A DNA stretch of 64,000 bases from an uncultured Veillonella sp. (GCA_902478055.1 CABSJL010000005.1:9896-73895); one strand, 5' to 3'. Positions 38,907 through 49,192 are shown, numbered from the stretch's first letter. Numbers and translations are program-made. The notes: generated by a model from the sequence alone, not told the origin.

Positions 38907-40229
38907 ATGAACAAAAAAAGATTAATCATATCCTTACTAGCTATTATTACCGTGGTTGGCGCTACTGTAGGTAGCTATGTATATAGGGATACTATATACA
39001 GTCGAATTGCTCGGACTGCAGCTGTTCTGAGTGGACAAGAGATAAAACCGCTACTCGATTCTGAAAGTCGTTATATTAGGCAAATTGTAGCTCAAGATAA
39101 TAGCACAAGCCGAACCATAATGTGGCAGTCTGATAGTAGCGAAGCTGATGCGGTAATAGAGTATCGTCTTACAGGTTCTGAAAATACTCAATCGATAGGG
39201 GCAACGGATAAAGTTTTTACTGATGATGGCAGTACTACCTATATTCATGAGGGCACTTTGACAGGGTTAACACCTAAAACAAAGTATGAGTATCGTGTTG
39301 GGTATGGCAGTGATCGCCGTAGTGATTGGTATTCGTTGGAAACCGCTGGCGCTAGTGTCTATGATGTTCTTATCTATCCAGACTCTCAGTCGGGGGATTA
39401 TTCTCAGTGGGAAGAGCTTGTAAAGGACTCAGCACATCGCAATCCAAGGACAGCCCTGTATATTAGCATGGGTGACCTTGTAGATAATGGGGAACAAGAC
39501 TATCAATGGCGCACTTGGTTAAATTCCATTAGACCGTTGAGTGCTAATGTGCCGTTAGCAACGACATTAGGTAATCACGAGATGTATACATTAGATTGGA
39601 AAATGCGCGAGCCTTATGCGTATTTAAATTATTTCGCAGTACCGCCTAATGGGAATGAAACTTTTAATCGTCGTTATTATTCCTATGACTTCGGTGATGT
39701 TCATTACGTTGTATTAGATACGCAACTTTATGAAAGCAATCATGAGGATAATCATGATACGCATCATCCTGATTTATATGATGTACAGGTTCAGTGGCTA
39801 CGCCAAGATTTGGCAGCAAATACTAAAAAGTGGACCGTAGTTCTGATGCATCGGGATCCATTCCAATATGCCTTTGACCGCCCTGGCGCAAGTCGTGATG
39901 TAGGATTCAACGAAGAGGGCGTATTGTTTATGCCTATCTTTGATGAGTTTAATGTAGATTTAGTGTTGTCAGCTCATTTACATTCTTATCGTAATAGAGG
40001 GCATGTACGTAACTTTGATCGAGATGCTTCGGGACCATTATATATTCTGACTGGTATTGCCGGAGATGCTCGTCGCCCTAAGTGGAAAGAACATCCTTTA
40101 GATGTATATGTGGCACCAGATCGAGATAAGAATAACTATATGACGATGACTGTTACATCAAATAAATTAATAGTAAAAGCTTTCTTACCAGATGGTACAC
40201 AGCTAGATGAGTCGGTTATAGAGAAATAG
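38907..40229 (+). CDS. Purple acid phosphatase-like metallophosphoesterase with FN3 domain
   Basis: N-terminal anchor; LTGLTPKTKYEYRVG; DSQ, GDLVD, GNHE, HLH. Confidence 0.85.
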   Translation: MNKKRLIISLLAIITVVGATVGSYVYRDTIYSRIARTAAVLSGQEIKPLLDSESRYIRQIVAQDNSTSRTIMWQSDSSEADAVIEYRLTGSENTQSIGATDKVFTDDGSTTYIHEGTLTGLTPKTKYEYRVGYGSDRRSDWYSLETAGASVYDVLIYPDSQSGDYSQWEELVKDSAHRNPRTALYISMGDLVDNGEQDYQWRTWLNSIRPLSANVPLATTLGNHEMYTLDWKMREPYAYLNYFAVPPNGNETFNRRYYSYDFGDVHYVVLDTQLYESNHEDNHDTHHPDLYDVQVQWLRQDLAANTKKWTVVLMHRDPFQYAFDRPGASRDVGFNEEGVLFMPIFDEFNVDLVLSAHLHSYRNRGHVRNFDRDASGPLYILTGIAGDARRPKWKEHPLDVYVAPDRDKNNYMTMTVTSNKLIVKAFLPDGTQLDESVIEK

Positions 40230-40259
40230 AAGCACAAGAATATAAGAATATATAAGCAC

Positions 40260-40289
40260 AAGACACCTTCCTTGGAAGGTGTCTTTTTT
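40260..40289 (+). terminator. Rho-independent terminator
   Basis: aagacaccttcc-tt-ggaaggtgtcttttt. Confidence 0.8.
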
Positions 40290-40511
40290 GTGTGTTTATA
40301 CAAATAGTTTTCTCTGATTTATAGTTTAAATAGGTAAACATATAAATGATAATTATATATTTGTTAGATATTTTATAAGCTAAATTAAGTTCATGTAAAT
40401 TACAGTTTTAAGGACTATGATAAAAATTAATTCATAGTATAACAAATAAAAATACAGAAAGCTTGTATAAAACTTGAATAAAACGAGTGATAGTATTATA
40501 ATACGTACATA

Positions 40512-40550
40512 GGTTATAAAAATACGCTAATAATGTATAAAATATACATA
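40512..40550. promoter_or_regulatory. Tandem ARG-box-like ArgR sites
   Basis: GTTATAAAAATACG and TGTATAAAATATACA just downstream of TATAAT at about 40497; upstream of arg cluster; AT-rich context lowers confidence. Confidence 0.4.
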
Positions 40551-40573
40551 CAGTGTATAAAGGAGATAGAGTA

Positions 40574-41758
40574 ATGAATACATTACAAGATTTGATCAAG
40601 AAATATGCCGCACAATATAAAGAACAAGTTGTAGCATGGCGTAGACATATTCATAGTCATCCAGAATTATCTGGTGAAGAAAAAAATACATCCTTATTTA
40701 TTCAAAAGGTTCTTGGTGAATTAGGCATTCCCTTTGTAAATGATGTTTCTGATTATGCCGTTATCGGTAAAATCGAAGGAGCTCAACCTGGACCAGTTAT
40801 TGCATTACGTGCTGATATAGATGCCTTACCTATACATGAAACTACTGGATTGCCATTTGCATCAGAAAATGACGGCGTTATGCATGCTTGTGGTCATGAT
40901 AGCCACATTGCGATTTTGCTTGGTGCTGCAGCTATTTTACAGTCTATTAAAGACCAATTGCATGGTACCGTAAAGCTCGTATTCCAGCCTTCCGAAGAGG
41001 AAGCATTATTCCCCGGTGCACAAGGTATTGTAGATAGCGGTATTCTTGATGATGTAGATGAAATATATGGCCTTCATGTATGGCCACAATTACCGGTTGG
41101 TACGGTAGGTCTAAAAAAAGGTAATTTGATGGCTGCATCAGATCATTTCTTCGTCCATATTAAAGGTAAATCAACTCATGGAGCGGAGCCTCATAATGGG
41201 GTAGATGCCATCGTAGCAGCCGCAAACTGGATTGTAAACGTAGAATCTATTGTGGCTCGTGAAACAAATCCAATGGAAAATCTAGTATGTACCATCGGTG
41301 TTATCAAGGGGGGCGACAGATACAATGTAGGCTGTGGCGATGTATATCTAGAAGGTACTTGTCGTACTTATGAACCAGCAAAACGGGATTATATAGAACG
41401 ACGTCTTGGTGAAAGTTTACAAGCTCTCGATATGTTATTAAAAACAAAGAGTACCTTAGATTATAAACGTGGTCATGGAGCTACCATCAATGATCCGGAT
41501 GCTATCGATTATGCCACATCTATTGTAGAGAAATATCTTGGTAAAGAAGCGGTGGTACATCCTGAATTCCCGTCTATGGCTGCAGAGGACTTCTCCGCGT
41601 ATCTTCATAAAATAAAAGGTGCTTTCCTTTGGTTAGGTACTGGATTTGAAGGTAACCCAGCGTTACATAATGAGGCTTTTACTATCGATGAAAGCATCCT
41701 GGAAACTGGTATAACAATGATGGCTGCTATTGCCGCCGAATTTTTACAAGAAAAGTAG
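40574..41758 (+). CDS. M20D-family amidohydrolase (putative N-acetyl amino acid deacetylase)
   Basis: HSHPELS, LRADIDALP, MHACGHD, FQPSEE, AEDF; first gene of arg cluster. Confidence 0.85.
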   Translation: MNTLQDLIKKYAAQYKEQVVAWRRHIHSHPELSGEEKNTSLFIQKVLGELGIPFVNDVSDYAVIGKIEGAQPGPVIALRADIDALPIHETTGLPFASENDGVMHACGHDSHIAILLGAAAILQSIKDQLHGTVKLVFQPSEEEALFPGAQGIVDSGILDDVDEIYGLHVWPQLPVGTVGLKKGNLMAASDHFFVHIKGKSTHGAEPHNGVDAIVAAANWIVNVESIVARETNPMENLVCTIGVIKGGDRYNVGCGDVYLEGTCRTYEPAKRDYIERRLGESLQALDMLLKTKSTLDYKRGHGATINDPDAIDYATSIVEKYLGKEAVVHPEFPSMAAEDFSAYLHKIKGAFLWLGTGFEGNPALHNEAFTIDESILETGITMMAAIAAEFLQEK

Positions 41759-41789
41759 TTAAATAAGTAGTTTGAAATAAGAGGTTATC

Positions 41790-42800
41790 ATGAAAAGTTT
41801 ACAACATACATCATTTAAAACAATGCTTCAATACACACCAGAAGAAATTAAATACTTCTTGGACTTGTCTGCAAAATTAAAAGCTGATAAAAAAGCAGGA
41901 AAAGAAATCAAAACATTAGTAGGTAAAAACTTTGCGTTGATTTTTGAAAAAGACTCCACACGGACACGTTGTGCCTTTGAAGTTGGTGCTGCGGACCAAG
42001 GTGCTCATACAACATATCTTGGCCCTACAGGTTCCCAAATGAATAAAAAGGAATCCTTAAAAGATACAGCTCGTGTTCTAGGATCTATGTATGATGCCAT
42101 CGAGTTTAGAGGTTTTGATCAAGCCGATGTAGATACACTCGCTGATTATTCTGGCGTACCTGTTTGGAATGGCCTTACCGATATGGACCACCCAACACAA
42201 ACATTAGCAAACTTTTTGACACTTCAAGAAAATATCGACAAACCATTGAATGAAATCTCCTATGCTTATGTAGGTCACGGTCAATCTAATATGTGTAATG
42301 CCTTAATGAGTGGCGCCGCTAAAATGGGTATGGACTTTAGACTTATCGGTCCTAAACAATACTGGCCAGCCGGTCCATTCTATGAAGAATGTTTGAAAGT
42401 TGCGAAAGAAACAGGTGCTACCATTACATGTACAGACGATGTAGCTGAAGGTGTTAAAGGCTTAGATGTAATCTATACAGGTGTATGGGTAACTATGGGT
42501 GATACATACGATATGTGGGAAGAACGTATCAATACGTTTAAACCATTCCAAGTTAACGCTGAAATGATGGCATTAACTGGTAATCCAAATACAAAATTCT
42601 GTCACTGCTTGCCAGCATTCCACAATACGGAAACTCAAGTAGGTAAAGATATCTTTGAACGGTTCGGCATGAATGGTATTGAGGTAACGGAAGAGGTATT
42701 TGAAGGTCCAAACTCCTTAGCATTCCAAGAAGCAGAAAATCGTCTCCATACTATCAAAGCTGTTATGGTTGCTACCTTCAGTGACTATCCTTTGAAATAA
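41790..42800 (+). CDS. argF: Ornithine carbamoyltransferase family (atypical substrate-binding motifs)
   Basis: DSTRTR, HPTQ, HCLP, AENRLH; but YTGVWVTMG and GHG instead of YTDVWVSMG and GDG/GDA. Confidence 0.85.
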   Translation: MKSLQHTSFKTMLQYTPEEIKYFLDLSAKLKADKKAGKEIKTLVGKNFALIFEKDSTRTRCAFEVGAADQGAHTTYLGPTGSQMNKKESLKDTARVLGSMYDAIEFRGFDQADVDTLADYSGVPVWNGLTDMDHPTQTLANFLTLQENIDKPLNEISYAYVGHGQSNMCNALMSGAAKMGMDFRLIGPKQYWPAGPFYEECLKVAKETGATITCTDDVAEGVKGLDVIYTGVWVTMGDTYDMWEERINTFKPFQVNAEMMALTGNPNTKFCHCLPAFHNTETQVGKDIFERFGMNGIEVTEEVFEGPNSLAFQEAENRLHTIKAVMVATFSDYPLK

Positions 42801-42922
42801 TTTCATCTCCCTAGAAGGTGATGAATCGTATAGTTTGTTTCCTATTTATAATCGCTGAAAGTAATAACTGAGAGCTGTATAGATAGGTGTGAGTCACCAA
42901 TAGGTGAGAATTGAGGTTTACT

Positions 42923-43873
42923 ATGACACCCTATAAAGTATTTATTGTCGGCCATGAAGGCACAACAGGTTTAAGAATTCATGAACGGTTATCCGATAGA
43001 AAAGATATAGAGCTATTAGCTACAGCTGATGAGGATCGTAAAAATGTAGAGGCTATTAAAGAGGTAGCTAAAGAGGCAGATATTGTATTTCTCTGCTTGC
43101 CTGATGCTGCATCTAAAGAAATCATGGCCGCTATCGGTGAATTACCATGTAAGGTAATTGATACATCGACTGCCTTTAGAACGGCTAGTGATTGGGCTTA
43201 TGGCTTCCCAGAGCTCGGTGCGGATTATAAAACAGCCATCGCTACTGAAAAACATATTGCTAACCCTGGTTGTCATGCGAGTGGAATGATTGCTTGTATT
43301 GCACCTCTTGTAAAAGCTAGTCTTGTGCCAACAGATTATCCTTTCACTATTACATCCTTAACAGGCTATAGCGGTGGTGGTAAAAAGATGATTGGTCAAT
43401 ATGAAAGTGAACCGAAGGATTATTTCCTCTATGCACCGCGTCAATATGGTCTTAGTCAACAACATAAGCACTTGCCTGAGGTGCAGCATGTGTGTGGACT
43501 TAGTGAAGCACCTATTTTTATTCCTATCGTTGACGATTATTATTCTGGCATGGAAGTAACGGTAGGCATTCACAGTCGTTTATGTCAAAAGCCAATAAGC
43601 ATTGATACAGTGCAACAGGCATTGGAAAACTTTTATAAAGGTAGTCCGATCATTACTGTCGTACCATTTACTGAGAACAGTAATACAGGCATGTTAAATG
43701 CCAATCAATTGAGCAACACAGATAGCATGAAAATCTATGTGACTGGCAACGATGAACGCATTATGGTTCATGCTATTTTCGATAATTTAGGCAAAGGTGC
43801 CTCTGGTGCTGCTGTTCAATGTATGAACATTGCTTTAGGTTTGCCTGAGGATACAGGCCTAGCACTAGGTTAG
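42923..43873 (+). CDS. argC: N-acetyl-gamma-glutamyl-phosphate reductase (type 2)
   Basis: GHEGTTGL, IANPGC, GYSGGG, DNLGKGASGAAVQ. Confidence 0.93.
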   Translation: MTPYKVFIVGHEGTTGLRIHERLSDRKDIELLATADEDRKNVEAIKEVAKEADIVFLCLPDAASKEIMAAIGELPCKVIDTSTAFRTASDWAYGFPELGADYKTAIATEKHIANPGCHASGMIACIAPLVKASLVPTDYPFTITSLTGYSGGGKKMIGQYESEPKDYFLYAPRQYGLSQQHKHLPEVQHVCGLSEAPIFIPIVDDYYSGMEVTVGIHSRLCQKPISIDTVQQALENFYKGSPIITVVPFTENSNTGMLNANQLSNTDSMKIYVTGNDERIMVHAIFDNLGKGASGAAVQCMNIALGLPEDTGLALG

Positions 43874-43883
43874 AGAGGGAACT

Positions 43884-44741
43884 ATGAAGGACGTAACAAA
43901 TGCAATGCGGGCGCATATCTTAACTGCGGCCGTTCCATATATTAAACAATATACAGATCAATATGTTGTCGTTAAATATGGCGGCAATGCTATGATTGAT
44001 GAAGAATTAAAAAAATCCGTTATGAAGGATTTAATGCTACTTCAATTGGTAGGGGTAAAAGTTGTGCTCGTTCATGGCGGTGGTCCAGCTATTAATAGCA
44101 CACTAGATGCCATGAAAATTGAGTCCCATTTTGCAAATGGCTTGCGTGTCACAGATGAAGCGACAATGGATGTAGTACAAATGGTATTAGCCGGTAAGGT
44201 TAATAAAGGCCTTGTAGCAGATTTAACAGACCTTGGTGGTAAGGCTGTTGGTCTCTGTGGTGTGGATGGTAATATGATTCAAGTTCATAAACAAAATGAT
44301 GAGCTTGGTTATGTAGGTTCTATCGATACGATTGATACAAGTATTATCGATGATGTTATCAGTAGAGGATATATTCCTGTCATTTCTTCCATTGGTATGG
44401 GGGCTGATGGCAAGACATATAATATCAATGCTGATACAGTAGCCGCAAAAATTGCCGGTGCCCTTAAGGCGGAAACAATGGTGGCTATGACAAACATTGA
44501 TGGTGTGCTACGTGATGTACATGATCCTAATTCTTTAATCTCTAAAATCACTATGGCAGAGGCGGATCAATTAAAAGCAGAGGGGATTATCGCTGGCGGT
44601 ATGATCCCAAAAGTGGATTGCTGCTTAGAGGCCATCAAATCAGGAGCTCAAAAGGTATTTATCATCAATGGTGAAATCCCACATGCCATTCTTATTGAGC
44701 TATTGACTGATGAAGGTCTTGGCACCATGTTTGTAAAGTAA
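43884..44741 (+). CDS. argB: Acetylglutamate kinase
   Basis: VVKYGGNAM, VHGGGP, GLRVTD, YNINAD, GGMIPK. Confidence 0.95.
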   Translation: MKDVTNAMRAHILTAAVPYIKQYTDQYVVVKYGGNAMIDEELKKSVMKDLMLLQLVGVKVVLVHGGGPAINSTLDAMKIESHFANGLRVTDEATMDVVQMVLAGKVNKGLVADLTDLGGKAVGLCGVDGNMIQVHKQNDELGYVGSIDTIDTSIIDDVISRGYIPVISSIGMGADGKTYNINADTVAAKIAGALKAETMVAMTNIDGVLRDVHDPNSLISKITMAEADQLKAEGIIAGGMIPKVDCCLEAIKSGAQKVFIINGEIPHAILIELLTDEGLGTMFVK

Positions 44742-44831
44742 TATAGTAGGTATAACGATGGTAAGTATTTATTGCCAGCGTTACCTTTCACATAGATAGA
44801 CGACGGCATGACCGTACGTTTGGAGGATGTA

Positions 44832-46019
44832 ATGAGTAATACAATCGATTTTGAACAACAAGATAAAGAATATATAGCCAATACGTATGGCCGGTTTAAC
44901 GTATGTTTTGAAAAGGGGAAAGGGTCCCTTTTATGGGATGTAAATGGTAAAGAATACATCGATCTTGGATCTGGTATCGGCGTAACAGCCTTTGGTGTCG
45001 ATGACGATGAATGGACAGAGGCGGTGACAAAACAATCTCATGCCTTGAACCACATTTCAAATTTATACTATTCTTTGCCACAAATTGAATTGGCAAAACA
45101 ACTGTGTGCCAAAACAGGTATGAAGAAGGTATTCTTCTCTAACTCTGGTGCAGAGTCTAATGAATGTGCCATCAAAGCAGCTCGTAAATATAGCCATGAC
45201 AAATACGGTGAAGGTCGTCATGTCATCGTCACCTTGGTTAATAGCTTCCATGGTCGTACTATTACTACCTTGTCTGCTACAGGTCAAGATGTATTCCATC
45301 AACATTTCTTCCCATTTACAGAAGGTTTTATTCATACACCAGCTAATGATATTGATGCGGCCTTAAAAGCTCTTGATAATCCATCAGTTTGTGCCATCAT
45401 GATGGAACCTATTCAAGGTGAAGGTGGTGTTATGCCACTAGATAAAGAGTTTGTACAAGCTGTTACAAAATATGCTCATGAACACGATCAACTCGTGTTA
45501 ATCGATGAAGTACAAACTGGTAATGGCCGTACTGGTAGTCTATACGCATACCAACAATTTGGCATTGAGCCAGATGTAGTATCTACTGCAAAAGGTTTAG
45601 CAGGTGGCCTTCCTATGGGGGCTACATTATTCAATGAAAAGATGCAATATGTGTTAAATGCTGGTGCACATGCTACAACCTTTGGTGGCAATCCAATCTG
45701 TGCGGCAGCAGGCAATACTATCATTAATCGTTTAACACCAGAATTCTTAGATTCTGTAAAAGCAAAAGGGGACTATGTAAAAACTACCTTAGTCGGCAAA
45801 CCTGGTATTCTAGGTGTGAGCGGTATGGGCCTTATGCTTGGTATTGAGACTACAGTAGATCCAAAAGCAGTCATTACGAAATGTCTTGAAAAGGGCGTTG
45901 TATGCTTGTCTGCAAAAAATAAAGTACGTCTTTTACCAGCTCTTAATATCCCTCAAGAACAATTGGAGAAAGCGATTACCATTGTAGCTGAAGCGATTGA
46001 AGAGTTAGCTGCAAAATAA
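44832..46019 (+). CDS. argD: Acetylornithine aminotransferase
   Basis: NSGAESNE, SFHGRT, EPIQGEGG, DEVQTG, TAKGLAGG. Confidence 0.92.
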   Translation: MSNTIDFEQQDKEYIANTYGRFNVCFEKGKGSLLWDVNGKEYIDLGSGIGVTAFGVDDDEWTEAVTKQSHALNHISNLYYSLPQIELAKQLCAKTGMKKVFFSNSGAESNECAIKAARKYSHDKYGEGRHVIVTLVNSFHGRTITTLSATGQDVFHQHFFPFTEGFIHTPANDIDAALKALDNPSVCAIMMEPIQGEGGVMPLDKEFVQAVTKYAHEHDQLVLIDEVQTGNGRTGSLYAYQQFGIEPDVVSTAKGLAGGLPMGATLFNEKMQYVLNAGAHATTFGGNPICAAAGNTIINRLTPEFLDSVKAKGDYVKTTLVGKPGILGVSGMGLMLGIETTVDPKAVITKCLEKGVVCLSAKNKVRLLPALNIPQEQLEKAITIVAEAIEELAAK

Positions 46020-46157
46020 TATTTGGGGTAACTTTCATAAAAATAAATTAAAATAGTTACGTGCCTCTATTACTATTGAAATAAATCGATGAATATATAG
46101 ACTTTAGTTCTCATTCGTGTTACCCTAGAAGAAACAGTCTATATTGGAGGAGTAAAT

Positions 46158-46340
46158 ATGAATACAGAATCCTTACGTAACGAAGTATTGGTTCCTGCAG
46201 TAGCAAAAACATTAGATATTGCTACAAAAGCAAAACCTACAAAAGAAGAACTTTTCACAACAGCAAAAATTACAGCTGCTGTGGCAGTTGCAACAGCTGT
46301 TGTATCCTTAGCGGTACAAGCAGTATTACGCAACCGATAA
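46158..46340 (+). CDS. Small protein (60 aa) with hydrophobic C-terminus
   Basis: GGAGGAG RBS; codon usage like highly expressed genes; own terminator. Confidence 0.65.
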   Translation: MNTESLRNEVLVPAVAKTLDIATKAKPTKEELFTTAKITAAVAVATAVVSLAVQAVLRNR

Positions 46341-46347
46341 GAAACGG

Positions 46348-46382
46348 AGAAAACGACATGGCGTGGCCTGTCGTTTTCTTTT
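46348..46382 (+). terminator. Rho-independent terminator
   Basis: agaaaacgaca...tgtcgttttctttt. Confidence 0.75.
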
Positions 46383-46435
46383 ACTTTTACCCTGTTATTC
46401 CCCTTGGTTAAGGGATTTTATAAGGAGGCGATACC

Positions 46436-47614
46436 ATGCATAGTCGCGATTTAATTGAACAATATAAAGGCTACGTTCAAGATTGGCGTAGATATTTCCA
46501 TAAACATCCAGAGTTGAGCAATGAAGAGTTTGAAACAACAAAGACTCTCGCTAAAGAATTAGAAACTATGGGCGTAGAGGTTCATGTAGATACAGAGCGT
46601 GGCATCGGCTTAGTTGGTATCATCCACGGTGATAAACCAGGTAAGGCTATCGCATTGCGCGCTGATATCGATGCTTTACCTGTTCATGAACATAATACAG
46701 TAGACTACAAATCTGAAACTGAAGGCAAAATGCACGCTTGTGGTCATGATGGTCATATGGCTATCTTGTTAGGCGCTGCTAAGATGTTAATGTCTATGAA
46801 AGACCGCATTGAAGGCGATGTGTATTTAGCATTCCAACCTGCCGAAGAAACGGGTGCAGGGGCGCCAGATTTCGTTAAATTTGGTGATTGGTATGATAAA
46901 ATCGATGCTATCTTTGGTGGCCATGTGTGGATTGACTTACCAGCAGGCCTCATCTCCGTAGAGGAAGGCCCTCGTATGGCTGCAAGTAGCCAGATTACTA
47001 TTAATGTAAAAGGTAAACAAGGTCATGGTGCACAGCCACATCAAGCGATTGATGCCATTGTAGTGGCTAGTGCTATCGTTATGAACTTGCAAACCGTAGT
47101 GTCTCGTAATGTGAGTGCCTTAGATTCTCTTGTACTCACTATTGGTAATATTCACTCTGGATCTGAATGGAATGTTATCCCTGGTGAAGCTAAAATGGGG
47201 GGCACCATTCGATTCTTTGATCCAGACCAAGAAGAGTATTACGTAGAATCCATACGCCGCGTAGTAGAACATACGGCTGAAGCCTATGGGGCAACTGCTA
47301 CATTAGAATATGTAAAAAAAGTACCGCCTACTATTAATGATCCTGCATCCAGTGAATTGGCGGAACGTGTCGTTATTGACACATTAGGTAAAGACAAGCT
47401 TTCTAAAATGCGTAAAGTAATGCCAGGCGAAGATTTTGCATGGTATTTACAAGATAAACCAGGATGCTTTGCTTTTATTGGTATACAAAATCCTGAAATA
47501 GAGGCTACCTACGATCATCATAATAATAGATTTAATATGGATGATACCGTACTATCTGCTGCATCAGCGGTATATGCTGAATATGCTATTGCATGGTTGA
47601 AAGAACATAAATAA
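46436..47614 (+). CDS. M20D-family amidohydrolase (second paralog)
   Basis: HKHPELS, LRADIDALP, MHACGHD, FQPAEE, GEDF. Confidence 0.88.
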   Translation: MHSRDLIEQYKGYVQDWRRYFHKHPELSNEEFETTKTLAKELETMGVEVHVDTERGIGLVGIIHGDKPGKAIALRADIDALPVHEHNTVDYKSETEGKMHACGHDGHMAILLGAAKMLMSMKDRIEGDVYLAFQPAEETGAGAPDFVKFGDWYDKIDAIFGGHVWIDLPAGLISVEEGPRMAASSQITINVKGKQGHGAQPHQAIDAIVVASAIVMNLQTVVSRNVSALDSLVLTIGNIHSGSEWNVIPGEAKMGGTIRFFDPDQEEYYVESIRRVVEHTAEAYGATATLEYVKKVPPTINDPASSELAERVVIDTLGKDKLSKMRKVMPGEDFAWYLQDKPGCFAFIGIQNPEIEATYDHHNNRFNMDDTVLSAASAVYAEYAIAWLKEHK

Positions 47615-47629
47615 AAGAAGATAAGTAAT

Positions 47630-47666
47630 AAACAGCACCGTTATTTTAAAAGTAACGGTGCTGTTT
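47630..47666 (+). terminator. Terminator hairpin
   Basis: aaacagcaccgtta...taacggtgctgttt. Confidence 0.8.
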
Positions 47667-47817
47667 CATTGTATTTTTATTTATATTTTCCGTATAGTAT
47701 AGGTATAATATAGGTATAAGTTGGATGTGATACAAGTATTATATAAGTATAATTCAAGTGTAGTACTTGTGATATAAATCCTCTGTAAGTCTAATACATT
47801 CTCTATGAGAGGTACTT

Positions 47818-49173
47818 ATGAATATAGTTATATGTCTCATCATAATTGCTATTACAGGCTTTTTATTGATGAAGCGCTACCAGCCACAACCTATTTTGAT
47901 CGGATTAGGAATTCTCATGATGTTTATTGCTTATGAGGGGAACTGGATTGATGCCATATTAGCTGGGGAACAATCTACAGGGGTTCTCATATTTGATGCC
48001 ATGGATATCGTAAGAATAACGACATCAAATAACATAGTTAATCTGGGGCTTATGATTATGACCTGTGCAGGGTATGCAAAATATATGGAATATATTGGAG
48101 CAGGAACGAGACTCGCCCATACACTTATCCGACCTTTATATCGTCTAAACCGTCCGTATATTGTGTTAGCTCTTATGTTTCTACTCAATATGGGACTATC
48201 TATTTGTGTACCTAATCCGTTGAGCCTTGCTCTTCTTATGATGGTCACCATGTATCCTGTTTTACTCCGTCTCGGAGTGAGTCCAGTAGGGGCGGCAGCA
48301 GTTATAGCTACAGGGCACCTTATGGATGTAGGTCCAGGAGCTGTGTCCACTTTATTAATTGCCAAGACCTTAAATATGCCAGTGCCAAACTACTTTGTAG
48401 GTTATCAATTACGAATTTATTTCTTGGTTGCTATTGTGACTGCCATAGCGCACTTTTGGTGGCAGAGATATCGAGATCGAATTAATGGTCCTATGGATGT
48501 AAATGATCTTGAAAGTATTCCTGAAGCTCCTATTGGACCCAAGCTATATATGATATTCCCATTATTACCATTGTGTTTTATCTTAGGCTTTAGTCAATAT
48601 GGTTTTCCTGGTGTGAAGATGAATGTCACCCTTGCTATGATGCTTGCCTTTGGTATTGCTCTATTAGCTGAATTAATTCGTCATCGAAATCTGAGAACAG
48701 TACTTAAGAGTACGACGATTTTCTTTGAAGGTATGGGGAATCAGTTCTCCTATGCAGTGACCCTTATTATAGGGGGACAAATCTTTGCACAAGGTTTAGT
48801 CAGTCTAGGCCTTATTGATTCATTAGTTGGTGCGCTACAAACATTATCTCTTAACTCGATTGGGCTTACCTCTGTTCTTGGAGGCGGTATGTTAGGATTA
48901 AGTATGGTAACAGGTAGCAATGTAGCTCCATTATTTACGTTAGTTCCACTAGTACCTAATATTGTATCTAATCTTAGCCTTGATCCGATTACCACTATGC
49001 TAGTCATGCAAAATGGTGCTAGCCTTGGTTTATTCCTCAGCCCAATCAGTCCTGTAATGGTCGGCGTAGCAGGTGTGGCCCATATTAAATCCGTAGATTT
49101 ACTTAAACGCACAGCCGTGCCAGTTCTTGTGGCATTACTTACGAGTTGCGTAGGAATATGGATACTTTTTTAA
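47818..49173 (+). CDS. dcuC: DcuC-family C4-dicarboxylate transporter
   Basis: LGLMIM..AGYAKYMEYIGA, FFEGMG, VTGS..A, SPISPV..VAG, LLKRTAVP. Confidence 0.8.
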   Translation: MNIVICLIIIAITGFLLMKRYQPQPILIGLGILMMFIAYEGNWIDAILAGEQSTGVLIFDAMDIVRITTSNNIVNLGLMIMTCAGYAKYMEYIGAGTRLAHTLIRPLYRLNRPYIVLALMFLLNMGLSICVPNPLSLALLMMVTMYPVLLRLGVSPVGAAAVIATGHLMDVGPGAVSTLLIAKTLNMPVPNYFVGYQLRIYFLVAIVTAIAHFWWQRYRDRINGPMDVNDLESIPEAPIGPKLYMIFPLLPLCFILGFSQYGFPGVKMNVTLAMMLAFGIALLAELIRHRNLRTVLKSTTIFFEGMGNQFSYAVTLIIGGQIFAQGLVSLGLIDSLVGALQTLSLNSIGLTSVLGGGMLGLSMVTGSNVAPLFTLVPLVPNIVSNLSLDPITTMLVMQNGASLGLFLSPISPVMVGVAGVAHIKSVDLLKRTAVPVLVALLTSCVGIWILF

Positions 49174-49192
49174 TTTTAATTTAAATTTACAA

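Noticed and set aside
44749..44787. Stem-loop between argB and argD
   Set aside because: Imperfect and lacks a convincing T tract; at most an mRNA stabiliser
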